Below, piece by piece: positions 13,301 to 25,709 of a DNA stretch of 64,000 nt (its first letter is position 1; every line of letters begins with the position of its first letter). The stretch is from Octopus sinensis (Eukaryota). The stretch lies in the NCBI RefSeq assembly GCF_006345805.1, contig NC_043000.1, positions 127,658,001-127,722,000 of the forward strand, given 5' to 3'. A model generated the notes under the pieces. It was not told the DNA's origin. It did no database searches and saw only the letters and a program-made list of their open reading frames with translations. The translations under genes and the position numbers were made by a program.

Positions 13301-15179
13301 AAGCAAAATGCGAAGGGGAGAGGAGGTGCTGTAGCATGTGATCTCCATTACAATACAGGAAAGTAATGCGAGAAATTTATAAAATTCTGTCGTATATTGT
13401 TTCGACTGGAACCTTGCAACGCCATCAGCGATTGATGATTGCAGAAGTTTACAAATGCAACTACAAGAAGTTCACAAAATGAATAGAATTATTGTAACGC
13501 CTGGAAAGAAGACTAACTTTTCGAGCAGAACCCGTTGTCAGTAGATTATTGCATGTCCTCAACTCTCACACAGACTTGCTTGAATTCACTGTCCTTTGTG
13601 TTATGCCAAACACACGTCTGTTTACGTTCAAATCTCCACCTGTTGTCTTTCCTGCCACCAATCAATAGTGAGAGTGAAAAATGGTGCGTGGGCTGTCACA
13701 TCGCAACTTCATAATTGCAAACAAAAATTGTGTAGAGTATCGGGACACATGGCGGTCTTCCTTGAATACGATACCTTTGAATTCCTGTTTTCGTTTTCAA
13801 GAACGGTAATTGCGATTTTGCCCCCCCCCTTCCCCCAAGAAAACAAACAGCCTTTCAAATTTTCAGTTCTGCCATCCTGTACCCCTATTGTTTTCTTTTA
13901 ACTGTCTCGAATTTTCTTGTGCTTTTAAATTTATTTATTCATTTTGATTCCATGTTTAAAAATTCAAAGATTACGATTCCGAATATTTTTTTTTTTATTC
14001 AGAATGATGCTTACAATAATTTTCCACTTTCATTTTGTTATCATAAATCGAAAGAATACCAACGGAAACTGTAAAATCCTTCGGAAAAGATTGTTCTTGT
14101 TTTGGGGTGATAGCCTTAAGTCTAATTCGTCCCATATTTTACCACCACCATCTTGTGATCCTTGGTTGACTTTAACGGAGTCCGCTCTGAAGCAAGCACT
14201 CCGGTCGCGAAATTTTTTTCCTACGAGAGTTTCGGATCCCAGTAATGAACTCAGCCAATCAGAGCTCACCTTGACCTTGTTGTCAACTTAACAAGTACAC
14301 TCTACCTAGTAGACTCAAGAACGATCGCCAAGTTATGCCTGATTTTAGGAGACGAGTAATTAGATAGATTTGCATCTACATCTATTATCGGATTTTGTTA
14401 GGGCCCCATGTGGTAAAGATGTGGATGGGGAAAATGTGGGTAGAGGATGATGCGCTAGCAACCCTCTCCCCTTACTGTTTTACAAAGTAAACAACAGCAC
14501 AGATAACTACGCAGAGGCAGCCACGATTGAAACAAGAACAAGAACAACAAGCATTCTTAAAAGAGAAAAAGAAACATGGTCATTCCTTACCCAAGTGACC
14601 TTATCTTATTGCCCATCACTTGTTATGCATTCATAAATTAGTTTGATGGTTGAGCTCTGATTGTCTGTATGCAAATGAGTTCATAACTGGGACTCAGAAA
14701 TCGCACCCCGGCCAGGATTTCGATCTTAAAAAAACGGGTTCCCTGCCTCTTCAACAGTCTTGGAGGGCCAGTAAAAGATGGTGGGCGTTACTCTTCCTAC
14801 TCTGAGTGAATTTAATTAATTCTTATCATAAACTGAAAAGGCAATCGCCATATTTTACCCCCAAACATCTGCTGCTTGAACAGGCAACAAAGCAAGTGAA
14901 TAAAGAACAACAAAAACACACCAAGTCTGTTTATGCGTTGATATGTCTACGTGTAAATTACACCTGGCGGCCGAAAGTTGCTTGTATTGCAAGCATGCCA
15001 GCAGATATTGTCATAACAAGACGTTTATCAAAGGAAAAACAAAACAAAAAAACAAAACAAAACAAAACAATAAAATGGGGGAGAACACAAAAACTGGGCT
15101 GGAGAGAACTTTCTAAATGTTGCTGAATAAAACATGAACCAATTCTTTTGTGATAGATTCAATGACTGCATTACCAGTT

Positions 15180-15760
15180 TCTATATTATTATTATTATTA
15201 TCATTGTTGTTGTTGTTGTTGTTGCTGCTGCTGCTGTTGCTGTTGTTGTTGTTTCTCCCTTCTTCACTAAATTTTTCTTGAATTTTTCTTTTTTATTGTA
15301 GTTCATTTTTCATGATGGTTGCTGTTGTCGTTGTTGCTGCTGCTGCTGCTGTTGATGATGATGATGATGATGATGATGACAATGATGATGATGATGATGA
15401 TCACAACAGTAGCTGCCGTGAAAGTAGTTAGTAGTCATCCTTTGTTGTTGTAGTGGTGGTGGTGGTAGTGGTGGTGGTGGTGGTGATGGTCTGCTGCTGC
15501 TACTGCTACTGCTGCTGATGCTACTACTACTGCTGCTACTGATAGTGGTGGTGGTGGTGGTCGTCGTCGTCGTCGTCGTCGTGGCCGTGGTCGTGGTGGT
15601 AACAATGAAAATAGTAGTGACGATGTGGCATTGTAGTGATTGTGATGGAGTGCAGTGGGGATGTGGTGGTTGTAACATTGAGAGTACCAGTTGTGGTAAT
15701 GATCGTAACAGTCAGAGTATTTGTCGTAGTGGTGACGGCGGCGGCGGGAACAGTAAGACA
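15180..15760. repeat. Mosaic trinucleotide low-complexity tract (ATT/GTT/GCT/GAT/GGT/CGT)
   Basis: Successive trinucleotide runs visible directly. Confidence 0.9.
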
Positions 15761-16126
15761 GCAGTTATGGTATATAGAGTTCTACTTTTCCCTTTTATGT
15801 GGTATTTTCTCTTTATTTTATTCACATAACGGTCGTAAGCTACTGTTGTTCGCAACTGTTTCTATTGTTGTTGTAATCCACTAAACACAGTGATCGCCGT
15901 GGTGGCCATGGTTTATAAAAAAGTTTTATTACAGAGTGCCGAAGATCTTGTCTCCTCCGTCAGGACACAACTGTAATAGCTTGGGTTTCAAGGCACACAG
16001 CTATTCGATATTCTGCCAAACAACCTCAAAGATATGCGAAGTGTACACACACACACACAAGCGTATATATATATATATTATATATATATACACACACACA
16101 CACATTCTTTATTTTGTCTCCTTGTT

Positions 16127-16164
16127 TCTTTCTGTGGAAGAGCGTAGGCTCGAAACGTTAAAGA
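16127..16164 (+). ncRNA. Minimal Penelope-type hammerhead-like motif (CUGUGGA variant)
   Basis: UCUUU-CUGUGGA-A-GAGC-guag-GCUC-GAAA-CG-UU-AAAGA. Confidence 0.5.
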
Positions 16165-16229
16165 CTTTTTCACTTCCCGAGCGTTATACTAATACATCTG
16201 ATTGTTGTTTACACCACCTGTTTTCGTCT

Positions 16230-16510
16230 TTTTTTTTTGGAAGAATTTGGAAGGACATTGGATGGGGCGAAGAGGTGCAGTTGAATTTCCCGCACGTGCT
16301 CCTGGTTTATCACCTACAAAATTTTATTCATGGGGCACCCTATATGATGACGTGTATCGCAGAAAACCGGCTATACAGACGGCTCTTCGGGAAGAAATGA
16401 CTTGTGCAGCAATTCCCGAGCAGCAACAGTTCTGGAAGCTAATAGCCACTTCTTTGAGAATCTCTTGCAGTTCTTGAGGCCAAAGGTAACTTCCATTAAT
16501 CCCGTGATGC
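16230..16510 (+). mobile_element. Tc1/mariner-superfamily transposase fragment
   Basis: GHWMGRRGAVEFPARAPGLSPTKFYSWGTLYDDVY corresponds to the WIGRRG..EWPPRSPDLTPLDF.LWG motif. Confidence 0.8.
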
Positions 16511-16599
16511 CTGAATAAATTGATGTGTGTATACAATTTTTTGGCGGACTTTGTGTGTGTGTGTGTGTGTGTGTGTACGTGTGTGTGTGTACGTGTGTA

Positions 16600-16641
16600 T
16601 GTGTATATATTATATATATACCTACATATACATATATATAT

Positions 16642-16700
<59 letters not shown>

Positions 16701-17033
16701 TAATATATATATATATATATAACGGGAAGGTTTACGAAAATAAACAGGTGAAGCACAAACAAACAAATGTATTAGTATGGCGCTCAGGAATAGAATTACA
16801 ACAAGTCTTTTACGTTTCGAGCCTACGCTCTTCGACAGAAAGATACACAGAAAAAAAAACAAGGAGAGAAAAAATGCGTGTAGGAGCTAACGATCTAACA
16901 TCTTGGGCAAGTGTCTTGGGCGACCAATGCCTTGTGAGTGGATTTGGTAGACGGAAGCTGAAAGAAGCCTGTCGTATATATGTATATATATATATACTAC
17001 ATATACATATATATATATATAGATATATATATG

Positions 17034-17066
<33 letters not shown>

Positions 17067-17129
17067 TATATATATATATATTATATATATATATGTATAT
17101 ATATATGTATATATATATATATATATATA

Positions 17130-17167
<38 letters not shown>

Positions 17168-17170
17168 TTG
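16600..17170. repeat. Long (AT)n/(GT)n microsatellites
   Basis: Direct observation; source of the poly-YI ORFs. Confidence 0.95.
16806..16843 (-). ncRNA. Minimal Penelope-type hammerhead-like motif (CUGUCGA variant)
   Basis: Minus strand: UCUUU-CUGUCGA-A-GAGC-guag-GCUC-GAAA-CG-UA-AAAGA. Confidence 0.5.
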
Positions 17171-17524
17171 TGTGTCTGTGTGTGTGCTCGTAACTACCCC
17201 ACATATTACGGCTGTGTAATTGTATACTGAATCTTTCTCTACAATTTTCGAATATAATAAAACACTTAAGATGGAGGAATCGACAAGGAAGTGTGAAAAA
17301 AGAAAGCGAGGAAGAGAAATTAATATAAAGACAGAACGTCGAAAATGAAAGTGAAAGTCTCTTTATTTCTCGGAAATTGATGTAAACCAATATTTGAGAG
17401 GTAATGTGTGTGCGCATGCGCGTCTTCGAAATTGGCAAAATACGTGGAAATGAATTAAAAAGAAAGCAAAACTATCTTTGGGAGACAGTGTGAGAGAATG
17501 TGTATATGTGTGCATGTATCTTAT

Positions 17525-17905
17525 TTCTTTATTGCCCACAAGGGGCCAAACATAGAGGGGACAAACAAGGACAGACACAGTGCGTAACTGGTACTTAATT
17601 TATGGACCCCGAAAAGATGAAAGGCAAAGTCGACCTCGGCGGAATTTTAACTCAAAACGTAAAGACAGACGCAATACCTATTTCTTTACTACCCACAAGG
17701 GACTAAACACAGAGGGGACAAACAGGGACAGACAAATGGATTAAGTCGATTACATCGACCCCAGTGCGTAACTGGTACTTAATTTATCGACCCCGAAAGG
17801 ATGAAAGGCAAGTCGAACTCAGCGGAATTTGAACTCAGAACGTAACGGCAGACCAAATACTGCTAAGCATTTCGCCCGGCATGTTGACGTTTCTGCCAGC
17901 TCACC
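17525..17905 (-). mobile_element. SINE family B tandem dimer
   Basis: Two head-to-tail units of the family B motif on the minus strand. A further copy lies at ~18530-18712. Confidence 0.85.
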
Positions 17906-18899
17906 GCTGTGTGCGTGTGCGTGTATGTGGCGCGGTGCATTCACGTGGTGTGTGTGTGTGTGTTTGAATCTGTGTGCGAGCGTTCTTGCGCACGCGCATG
18001 TGTTACAGAAAGGAAGGAACGGTAAAAAATTGGTATAAAAATTAACAGGTTGAAATATGAATAAAATATATTAAACAGCCATGAAATAAAGAAGGAGCGG
18101 AGATCCAGTGGTTAGACGCCATACATCAAGAGTGAGTACATGAGAGACTAGAGAGCAAGTCAGTTGCAACGACAGCAAGACGAGTTGAAGAAGCTTTATC
18201 ATCGGCTCAGATTAGAAGACACCAAGATAGAGATAGAGATAGAAACAGCTACTAATGAAACTATACAGACTGACTATAAGCCGAACACAGAGCAACAAAT
18301 AGAATTCAAAATGAAACCGAGTAAAGAGAAAGAAATATGGAAGAAATTATGCAAAGAATGGCAGTAAAATCTGCTAATGAGACTCAAGGGTAAAGGAATC
18401 AAAGAACAGAAGATGTGAGACGAAGAACAGATTACAAAATGAAACTAAAGAACAAAGAGGCTAGCAAATTAAGTAATAAGAATCGGTGGGAAAAGGAAAA
18501 ATTAAACAGAATATTTTAAAATATTCTTTACTACTCTAGTCACAAGGCCCGAAATTTTAGGGGAGCAGTCGATTAGACCAACCATAATACGCAACTGGTA
18601 CTTAATTTATCGACCCCGAAAGGAATAAAAGCAAAGTCGACCTCGGCGGAATTTGAACTCAGAACGTAACGGCAGACGAAATACCACTAAGCATTTCGCC
18701 CGGCTCGCCGCCTTGAATGTTTTATAAATATTAATAGAAATATTGTATTTTGAGAATTTGAGGTAAACGTGACAATACTTGGTGTAATTCATAAGTAACT
18801 TAGTGTTTTCCGAAACAAATATAATTGAAACAGATGTAAAGAATTCAACGAAACATATCAGTTTTGTGGAGTAATAAATTATATTGTTGAGAAATTCAT

Positions 18900-19760
18900 T
18901 AAAGTTCAGGTCCCGCAACCATGACGTTTCACAGAATACCTGATCCTCGTTATCAGAATTTTAAAAACAGCATTAGATCTTACAATGCCTCACTTCAATT
19001 TGCTTTAATGAGGACTCAAGGATCCCAGTCACATAATCGAAGGCCCTTTAATTTTAGAATACAATGAGGTCAAGATGTGGAGGGCCTGATCTTCATTGTA
19101 CTTCTAATATGCATCTAACAGACGATAAAAGACAAGTTGTTCGACTTTGTTATCGATTCAACAATTGCTAAAGAAACTAGACTTAATCGTTCAGCGAATG
19201 TAGGATGACCACTCTAGATAGAATTATTTAAAAAACAACATTCATGCATTGTAAAAGAGATGGAGTATGCTCAACAGGAAAACAGACAAGCCACAACAGT
19301 AAACATGGCGTCCACAAGATATTCTTCTGTTCGGAAAAGGCTTTATCAACTGTGAACTAGGTGACAAAGTTGTTTAATAATACAAATGAGAAACTTTTAG
19401 AGAAACCGACATGTTTATCCAAGAAATCCAGATGAACAACATCCAGTGTTATAACTTCAAATACCCATTCCAATATAAAAGGGTTAAATAGTGAGCCAAT
19501 CTGGCGACCTGATTTGCCAGTTGCAGAAGGAAAAATAAGACATAATGGCCGAAAATAGATGATTTTAATGTTACACTGCATCAACAGTGGGGAGTGGACG
19601 GCCATTAATAAGTTGAAGCTAATAAACAACGTCAAAAATTGCCAGGAGCGATTAAGAGAAGAAAAGTACTCAGAGCTTACCGATTACTTTGCAAAAGCTA
19701 CAAATAGAGAAGTAAAAGTCGGGTGTATGGTGATACTGCCATTTTCATTTCAGGAGATCA
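18900..19760 (+). mobile_element. Decayed non-LTR retrotransposon with restriction-like endonuclease (R2/NeSL/R4-type) C-terminus
   Basis: Cys/His remnants (CKRDGVC...HKIFFC) are followed by WRPDL...IDDFNV...ERLREEKYSELTDYF...EVKVG, the usual RLE domain pattern. Multiple stops. Confidence 0.5.
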
Positions 19761-20104
19761 CTTTACAATATCAAAGTGGTTTACTACGCTGTAGTGGCAA
19801 TGGGGTTAAGTTGTGGGCGCCTGATCTTCATATCTATTGTTGTCAGAAATATAAACGTAATCTATTCTCGAAGCAAAGAACCTCAAATCGCCTTAATTTG
19901 GTTGCTCGAATATTTAAACACAAACTAAATTTAATACTTGAAGGAAGTTACCAATAACTTCTGCAATTGTAGAGGCATTCTGTTATTCCATTAAATTTCA
20001 AAGCTGAAGACATTCTCACTCCAGTATTCTGAACATGTTACAAGACAAAGAGATATTGAATGATCCTACAGTAACTCCTAAAATTATGTGTAACAGAGCT
20101 GGGG

Positions 20105-20890
20105 TCGCGAGCTGGTAGAAACGTTAGCACGCCGGGTGAAATGCTCTGCGGTATTTCGTATGCTGTTATCTTCTGAGTTCAAATTCTGCCGAGGTGGACT
20201 TTACCTTTCATCCTTTCAGGGTCGATAAATTAAGTACCAGTTACTCACTGGGGTCGATGTAATCGACTTAATCCGTTTGTATGTCCTTGTTTGTCCTCTC
20301 TGTGTTTAGCCCCTTGTGGGTAGTAAAGAAATAGGTATCTTGTCTGCCGTTACGTTCTGAGTTCAAATTCCGCCGAGGTCGACTTTGCCTTTCATCCTTT
20401 CGGGGTCGATTAAATAAGTACCAGTTACGCACTTGGGTCGATCTAATCGACTTAATCCGTTTGTCTGTCCTTGTTTGTCCTCTCTGTGTTTAGTCCCTTG
20501 TGGGTAGAAGAAATAGATATTTCGCCTGTCATTACGTTCTGAGTTCAAATTCCGCCGAGGTTGACTTTGCCTTTCATCCTTTCGGGGTCGATAATTTAAG
20601 TACCAGTTACGCACTGAGCTCGATGTAATCGACTTAATCCCTTTATCTGTCCTTGTTTGTCCCTTCTATGTTTGGCCCCTTGTGGGCAATAAAGAAATAA
20701 GAATCTTTAGCACGCCGGGCAAAATACTAAACGGCATTTCGTCTGTAGTTACGTTCTGAGTTCAAATTCCGCCGATATCGACTTCGTCTTTCATCCTTTC
20801 GGGGTTGATACAATAAGTACCAGTCGACCACTGGGGTCAATGTAATCGACTTACACCCACTTCCTAAATTATTGACCTTGTGCCAAAATT
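20105..20890 (+). mobile_element. SINE family B head-to-tail tetramer
   Basis: ttctgagttcaaattc recurs at ~20172, 20355, 20537 and 20755, with a period of ~180-220 bp. Confidence 0.9.
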
Positions 20891-22429
20891 TTAATTCATT
20901 ATGTGTAACGGGAGCTAAACCTTTACGGTATTGTAAAAAAAATGTCAGATTCATAGACATTGCGGCCAAGAAAACATCCTGTATTGAGGACAATACAGGC
21001 CAAAACATCCTGTATGGAGAACAATAAATCCTCCAAACGATTTCCTAAAGACTTTGGAAATAACAAGAGTAGAGAGATAGGCTGTCTACAGAAGGCGCCG
21101 TAGTCAAGTAAGTCCAACAGTTAATCATCAAGATGGCAACAAATCTGTAACATATCACAAATATCTCACATGTAAATATAACTGCCACATCAATACTGAA
21201 ATTTCGTTTTCTCTAAACTCTGTGAAATATATCCTCAAATACATTTGTCTATAATAATAAATGCCAAAACAAATTTCTGTGTGTCAGTGTGTCACACTTT
21301 GACCCCCGCCTCTCTCACTATTCAATGATACTTCTTCTACTCCTCTTTCTGGGGTGAGAATAGTAGTAGGCACAGATATGGTGAGAGCGGTAGTAGATTG
21401 ACAGTATGAGCTGTAGTTGTGATAGAGGCGGAGGCGACGGTGATGATGATGGTGGTGATGGTGGTAGCTGAGGCGGTCAAGCATGACGGTGATAGTAAGG
21501 GATGTGAAAGATAGTGGTGATGGTGGTGGAAGGGAAGAAAGCGAAGTCAAATGTGTTGACGGTGGTGGCGTCAGAAATCTGAATGGTGTGTGTATTGCAG
21601 TTGTTGTGGCGATGGTGGTGGTATTGGTGATGGTTGCAAAAAAATCAACAGAGAGAGAGAGAGAGACCGAATGGGAAAACAAAAAATATTGTTTATCATG
21701 AAGCATTGCAATAAGTTCCAAGTCGACAAATTATATCATTGTTTTGACGAAAATTGTTCATTGCTTGAAAAATATTGGTCAAGTTTAATCAAATCTAATA
21801 TGTACTCAATGCATGAAGTGTCATTATTGAGCTCAAGGCCTAATGAAGAACCTTCCACAGGAGCTAGCTTAAAAGCCGCCCTACAAAGGCAATAATGTTT
21901 TTTTTTAAATATGAAATTATGCAGCACACAAATCCTCGTTACGTCAGTGCTCCAGATATAATTTGGGGTGGGACGGTGCTGGACTGCGAGATGTGTGATA
22001 GATCACACGCTAGGATTCGTCTCCCATAACATCTTCAACATTCTTTAACATCAACAACCAGTTTGCTTCCAAGAAAACACAGAATGACAGGCATTTCAAG
22101 ATGGCCAAAAACAGGAACACTCCTCTCACAGCATGGTTCAACCTAAATTAAACTGCTGATGCTAGTAGGCAGTATGTCGCTATTCTGAAACACTCCTTAG
22201 AGCATTGAGGTCGATGTAATCGACTAACCCCCATCCCTTAAAATGTCAGGACAAAATGCTTAGTTGGCATTTCTTCCAACTTTGCGTTCTGAGTTCATAT
22301 TCCGCAGCGGTCGACTTTGACTTTCATCCTTTGCGGGTCGATAGAATAAGAACCAGTTAAATATTGAGATCAATGTAATTGATTATCCCCCTCCCCATAA
22401 ATTTCAGGCCTTGTGCCTTTACAAGTAAG

Positions 22430-22430
22430 G

Positions 22431-22528
<98 letters not shown>

Positions 22529-22541
22529 CATTATTATTATT

Positions 22542-22594
<53 letters not shown>

Positions 22595-22609
22595 TATTAT
22601 TATTATTAC

Positions 22610-22699
<90 letters not shown>

Positions 22700-22715
22700 C
22701 ATTATTATTATTATT

Positions 22716-22746
<31 letters not shown>

Positions 22747-22755
22747 TATTATTAC

Positions 22756-22790
<35 letters not shown>
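22430..22790. repeat. (TTA)n microsatellite, ~360 bp
   Basis: Direct observation; source of the poly-I/poly-Y ORFs. Confidence 0.98.
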
Positions 22791-22794
<4 letters not shown>

Positions 22795-22795
<1 letters not shown>

Positions 22796-22932
22796 TTGAC
22801 TTTTGCTTTACATTTGTACAAGTTGGCTCCAAGTCTCACCCAGAGACCTCAAGAGACAACAAGTTGGAAGTTCATGTTGGTGTTATGCCTAGGGTGCCAT
22901 ATATTTGGTTTTGTACTTAGTGTTGTACTAGT
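22795..22932 (-). mobile_element. 3' tip of an RLE-type (R4/Dong-like) LINE embedded in (TAA)n
   Basis: Short unique segment ending aaagcaaagtcaaata, followed by (TAA)n on the minus strand and flanked by trinucleotide arrays on both sides. Confidence 0.5.
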
Positions 22933-22966
22933 GATTATTATTATTATTATAAATATAATTATTATT

Positions 22967-23022
<56 letters not shown>

Positions 23023-23047
23023 TATTATTATCATTATTATTATTATT

Positions 23048-23082
<35 letters not shown>

Positions 23083-23083
23083 T

Positions 23084-23130
<47 letters not shown>
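22933..23130. repeat. (ATT)n/(ATC)n microsatellite
   Basis: Direct observation. Confidence 0.98.
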
Positions 23131-23424
23131 TGCCTTTGCATAGCTTCTGACGCTGGAGATGTACTACGGTGTCAGCTGTTCACTGCCAGTGAACTAAGGT
23201 AACACCTCTTGTTTTTCGAGCACTTTCCGGAGTCTTCGACTGGTTCCAAGCAGTGTTGTTTTCTGCAAGTGCTCCACCCTTATTGCAGCCTCTATTTGTT
23301 CCACGTACTTCTCAAGATTTTTACTCATTGTTCCCAGGGCTCCGACAATTACTGGTACTACCACTACTTTTTTCATCGACCACAACTGCTTAACTTCCCA
23401 TTTCTTTCTTCCTTAAGGCATACA

Positions 23425-23425
<1 letters not shown>
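23131..23425 (-). mobile_element. RLE-type LINE 3' end
   Basis: MWSMKKVVVVPVIVGALGTMSKNLEKYVEQI...LQKTTLLGTSRRLRKVL matches the conserved V.PVIVGALG...LQK..LLGTARILRKVL C-terminus. The tail runs into (TGA)n. Confidence 0.85.
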
Positions 23426-23499
<74 letters not shown>

Positions 23500-23500
<1 letters not shown>

Positions 23501-24280
23501 GGTGGCAAGCTGGCAGATTTGTTAGCACGCCAGAAAAACTGCTTCGAGGCATTTCGTTCGGCTTTACGTTCTAAGTTCAAATTCCTCCGAGTTCGAGTTT
23601 GCCTTTCATTGTTTCGGAGTCGATAAAATAAATAACCGCCCACCACTGGGGTCGATTTAATCGACTTTCCACTCCCCTTTAAAACTGCTAGCCCTGTGCC
23701 AAAATTTGAAGCTGTTTTTTTTTTTAATTCTTATGCGGGCGAAATGCTTAACAGTATTTCGTCTGTCTTTACGTTCTGAGTTCAAATTCCGCCGATGTCG
23801 ACTTTGCCTTTCATCCTTTCGGAGTCGATTAAATAAGTACCAGTTACGCACTGGGGTCGATATAATCGACTTAAACCCATTTGTCTGTCCTTGTTTGTCC
23901 TCTCTGTGTTTAGCCCCTTGTGGGTAGTAAAGAAATAGGTATTTCGCCTGTCATTACGTTCTGAGTTCAAATTCCGCCGAGGTCGACTTTGCCTTTCATC
24001 CTTTCTGGGTCGATTAAATAAGTACCAGTTATGCACTAGAGTCGATATGACCGACTTAATCCGTTTGTCTGTCCTTATTTGTCCCCTCTGTGTTTAGCCC
24101 CTTGTGAGTAGTAAAGAAATAGGTATTTCTTCCAGCTTTACGTTCTGAGTTAAAATTCTGCCAAGGTTGATTACCTTTCATCTTTCCAGGGTCGATAAAA
24201 TATACCCCCAGCTCAGCACTGGCGTCGCTGTAATGGACAAAGCCTCACCTCGCCAAAAATTTCAAGCTTTGTGTCTATTG
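23500..24280 (+). mobile_element. SINE family B head-to-tail multimer (4 units)
   Basis: Repeated family B units at ~23565, 23770, 23955 and 24140. Confidence 0.9.
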
Positions 24281-24339
24281 TAGAAAAGAAAGGATTATTA
24301 AAACGGTGAGCATCAAAATCGTTAGAGCATCGTACAAAA

Positions 24340-24740
24340 TAGAAAACTGTGCAATGTGGAGATATGTGAACACTCCCAGACTTTTGCAATCCAATGCATC
24401 ACAACAGAAATTATCCTTGGTAGTAGAAGATAATGCATTAACACCAAAAGCAGATTAAGCCCAAGTGATACAACGCTTTTCCTTACTATGGAAAGAAGGC
24501 ATTCCTCCATTATTTCTTAATTTGTTTTGACTATTAACAAGTCTCAAGGTCAGTCACTTGATACAGTTGGAGCATATTTACCAAAACCTGTATTCAGTCA
24601 TGGCCAACTATATGTGGGGTTAAGTGGAACTAAGAATAGCAGAAACTTAAAGTTACTAATTAATATTACAGAACGTCGAGGTGTTTTGTTACCTCCTAAA
24701 GTATATACTATACGAAAAATGTTCCTAAAGAACTATTAAG
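24340..24740 (+). mobile_element. Helitron RepHel PIF1-type helicase C-terminal fragment
   Basis: [32 protein letters not shown] matches the PIF1/Helitron helicase motifs TINKSQG..L...[12 protein letters not shown]. An upstream degenerate RLSPSDTT..ERR is present. Confidence 0.9.
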
Positions 24741-24885
24741 GTTAAGTGCGCATTTGGTATATGTCTCAAAATGTAGTTAACTTTCTGTATCTTGTAGTCT
24801 GTATCGTATTAGGAAAATGTTCTAAAAATTAAAACTTCAATGTGTAACATACTGTAACATGTTATAATAGTAAAATGTTATTATA

Positions 24886-25050
24886 GGCGTAGGAGTGGCT
24901 GTGTGGTAAATAGCTTGCTTACAAACCACATGGTTCCGGGTTCAGTCCCACTGCTTGGCACCTTGGGCAAGTGTCTTCTACTTTAGCCTCGGGCTGACCA
25001 AAGCCGTTTGAGTGGATTTGGTAGACAGAAACTGAAAGAATCCCGTCGTG

Positions 25051-25098
<48 letters not shown>

Positions 25099-25325
25099 TG
25101 TGTGTATACGTTTGTGTGCCCTGTTTATCCCCCCCCCCCAACATCGCTTGACAACCGATGATCGTATGTTTACGTCCCCGTAACTTAGCGGTTCAGTCTA
25201 ACAGACCGATAGAATAAGTACTAGGCTTACAAAGAATAAGTCCTGGGTTCGATTTGCTCGACTAAAGGCGGTGCTCCAGCATGGCGACAGTCAAATGACT
25301 TGAAACGAGTAAAAGAGTAAAAGAG
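24886..25325 (+). mobile_element. SINE family A, full length
   Basis: From ggcgtaggagtggctgtgtgg to the gagtaaaagagtaaaagag tail. Confidence 0.92.
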
Positions 25326-25709
25326 TTGTAATGCAAGCTAAGACGGCGAACTGGCAGAATCATTAGCACGCCGGGCGAAATGCTTCGCGGCATTTCGTCC
25401 GTCTTTACGTTCTGAGATCGACCGAGATCGACTAGGCCTTCCATCCTTGGGGTCGATGAAATTGGCTTATTCCCTTACACGAAGTTGCTTGCTTTGCGCC
25501 AAAATTTGAAACCAATATTAATGCGAATTACAAACAGCATCGGTTGATGAAAAATTGTTATTATTCGGTTTGTAAGATTCTTGATGTTAATTCATGCATT
25601 GAAATGTATTGTGTTGTTTCTCGGAAGGGTTAATATACCAATTATAAATACACACGGGTTCTCTTTCACTTCTTTTATTATTGTTGTTGTTGTTGTTGTT
25701 ATTATTAGT

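Noticed and set aside
15310-15884. Poly-Q/H/P/S ORF resembling a transcription-factor low-complexity region
   Set aside because: Mosaic trinucleotide repeat with no flanking folded domain or convincing splice context; similar tracts occur at 21.4, 39.9, 45.2 and 59.9 kb.
16371-17438. 163-236 aa ORFs rich in YI/CV
   Set aside because: Built from (AT)n/(GT)n runs joined to SINE and Penelope-like fragments.
20105-20890. Regularly spaced repeats superficially like a CRISPR array
   Set aside because: The ~180-bp units are wholly homologous SINE monomers with no unique spacers, in eukaryotic DNA without cas genes.
21736-21883. Minus-strand exon candidate AAFKLAPVEGSSLGLELNND...
   Set aside because: The acceptor is plausible, but its phase does not fit the 27.1-kb candidate, no homology was recognised, and both strands have short ORFs.
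22370-23143. Long ORFs encoding poly-I, poly-Y, poly-M
   Set aside because: They are translations of (TTA)n/(ATC)n microsatellites that lack stops in some frames.
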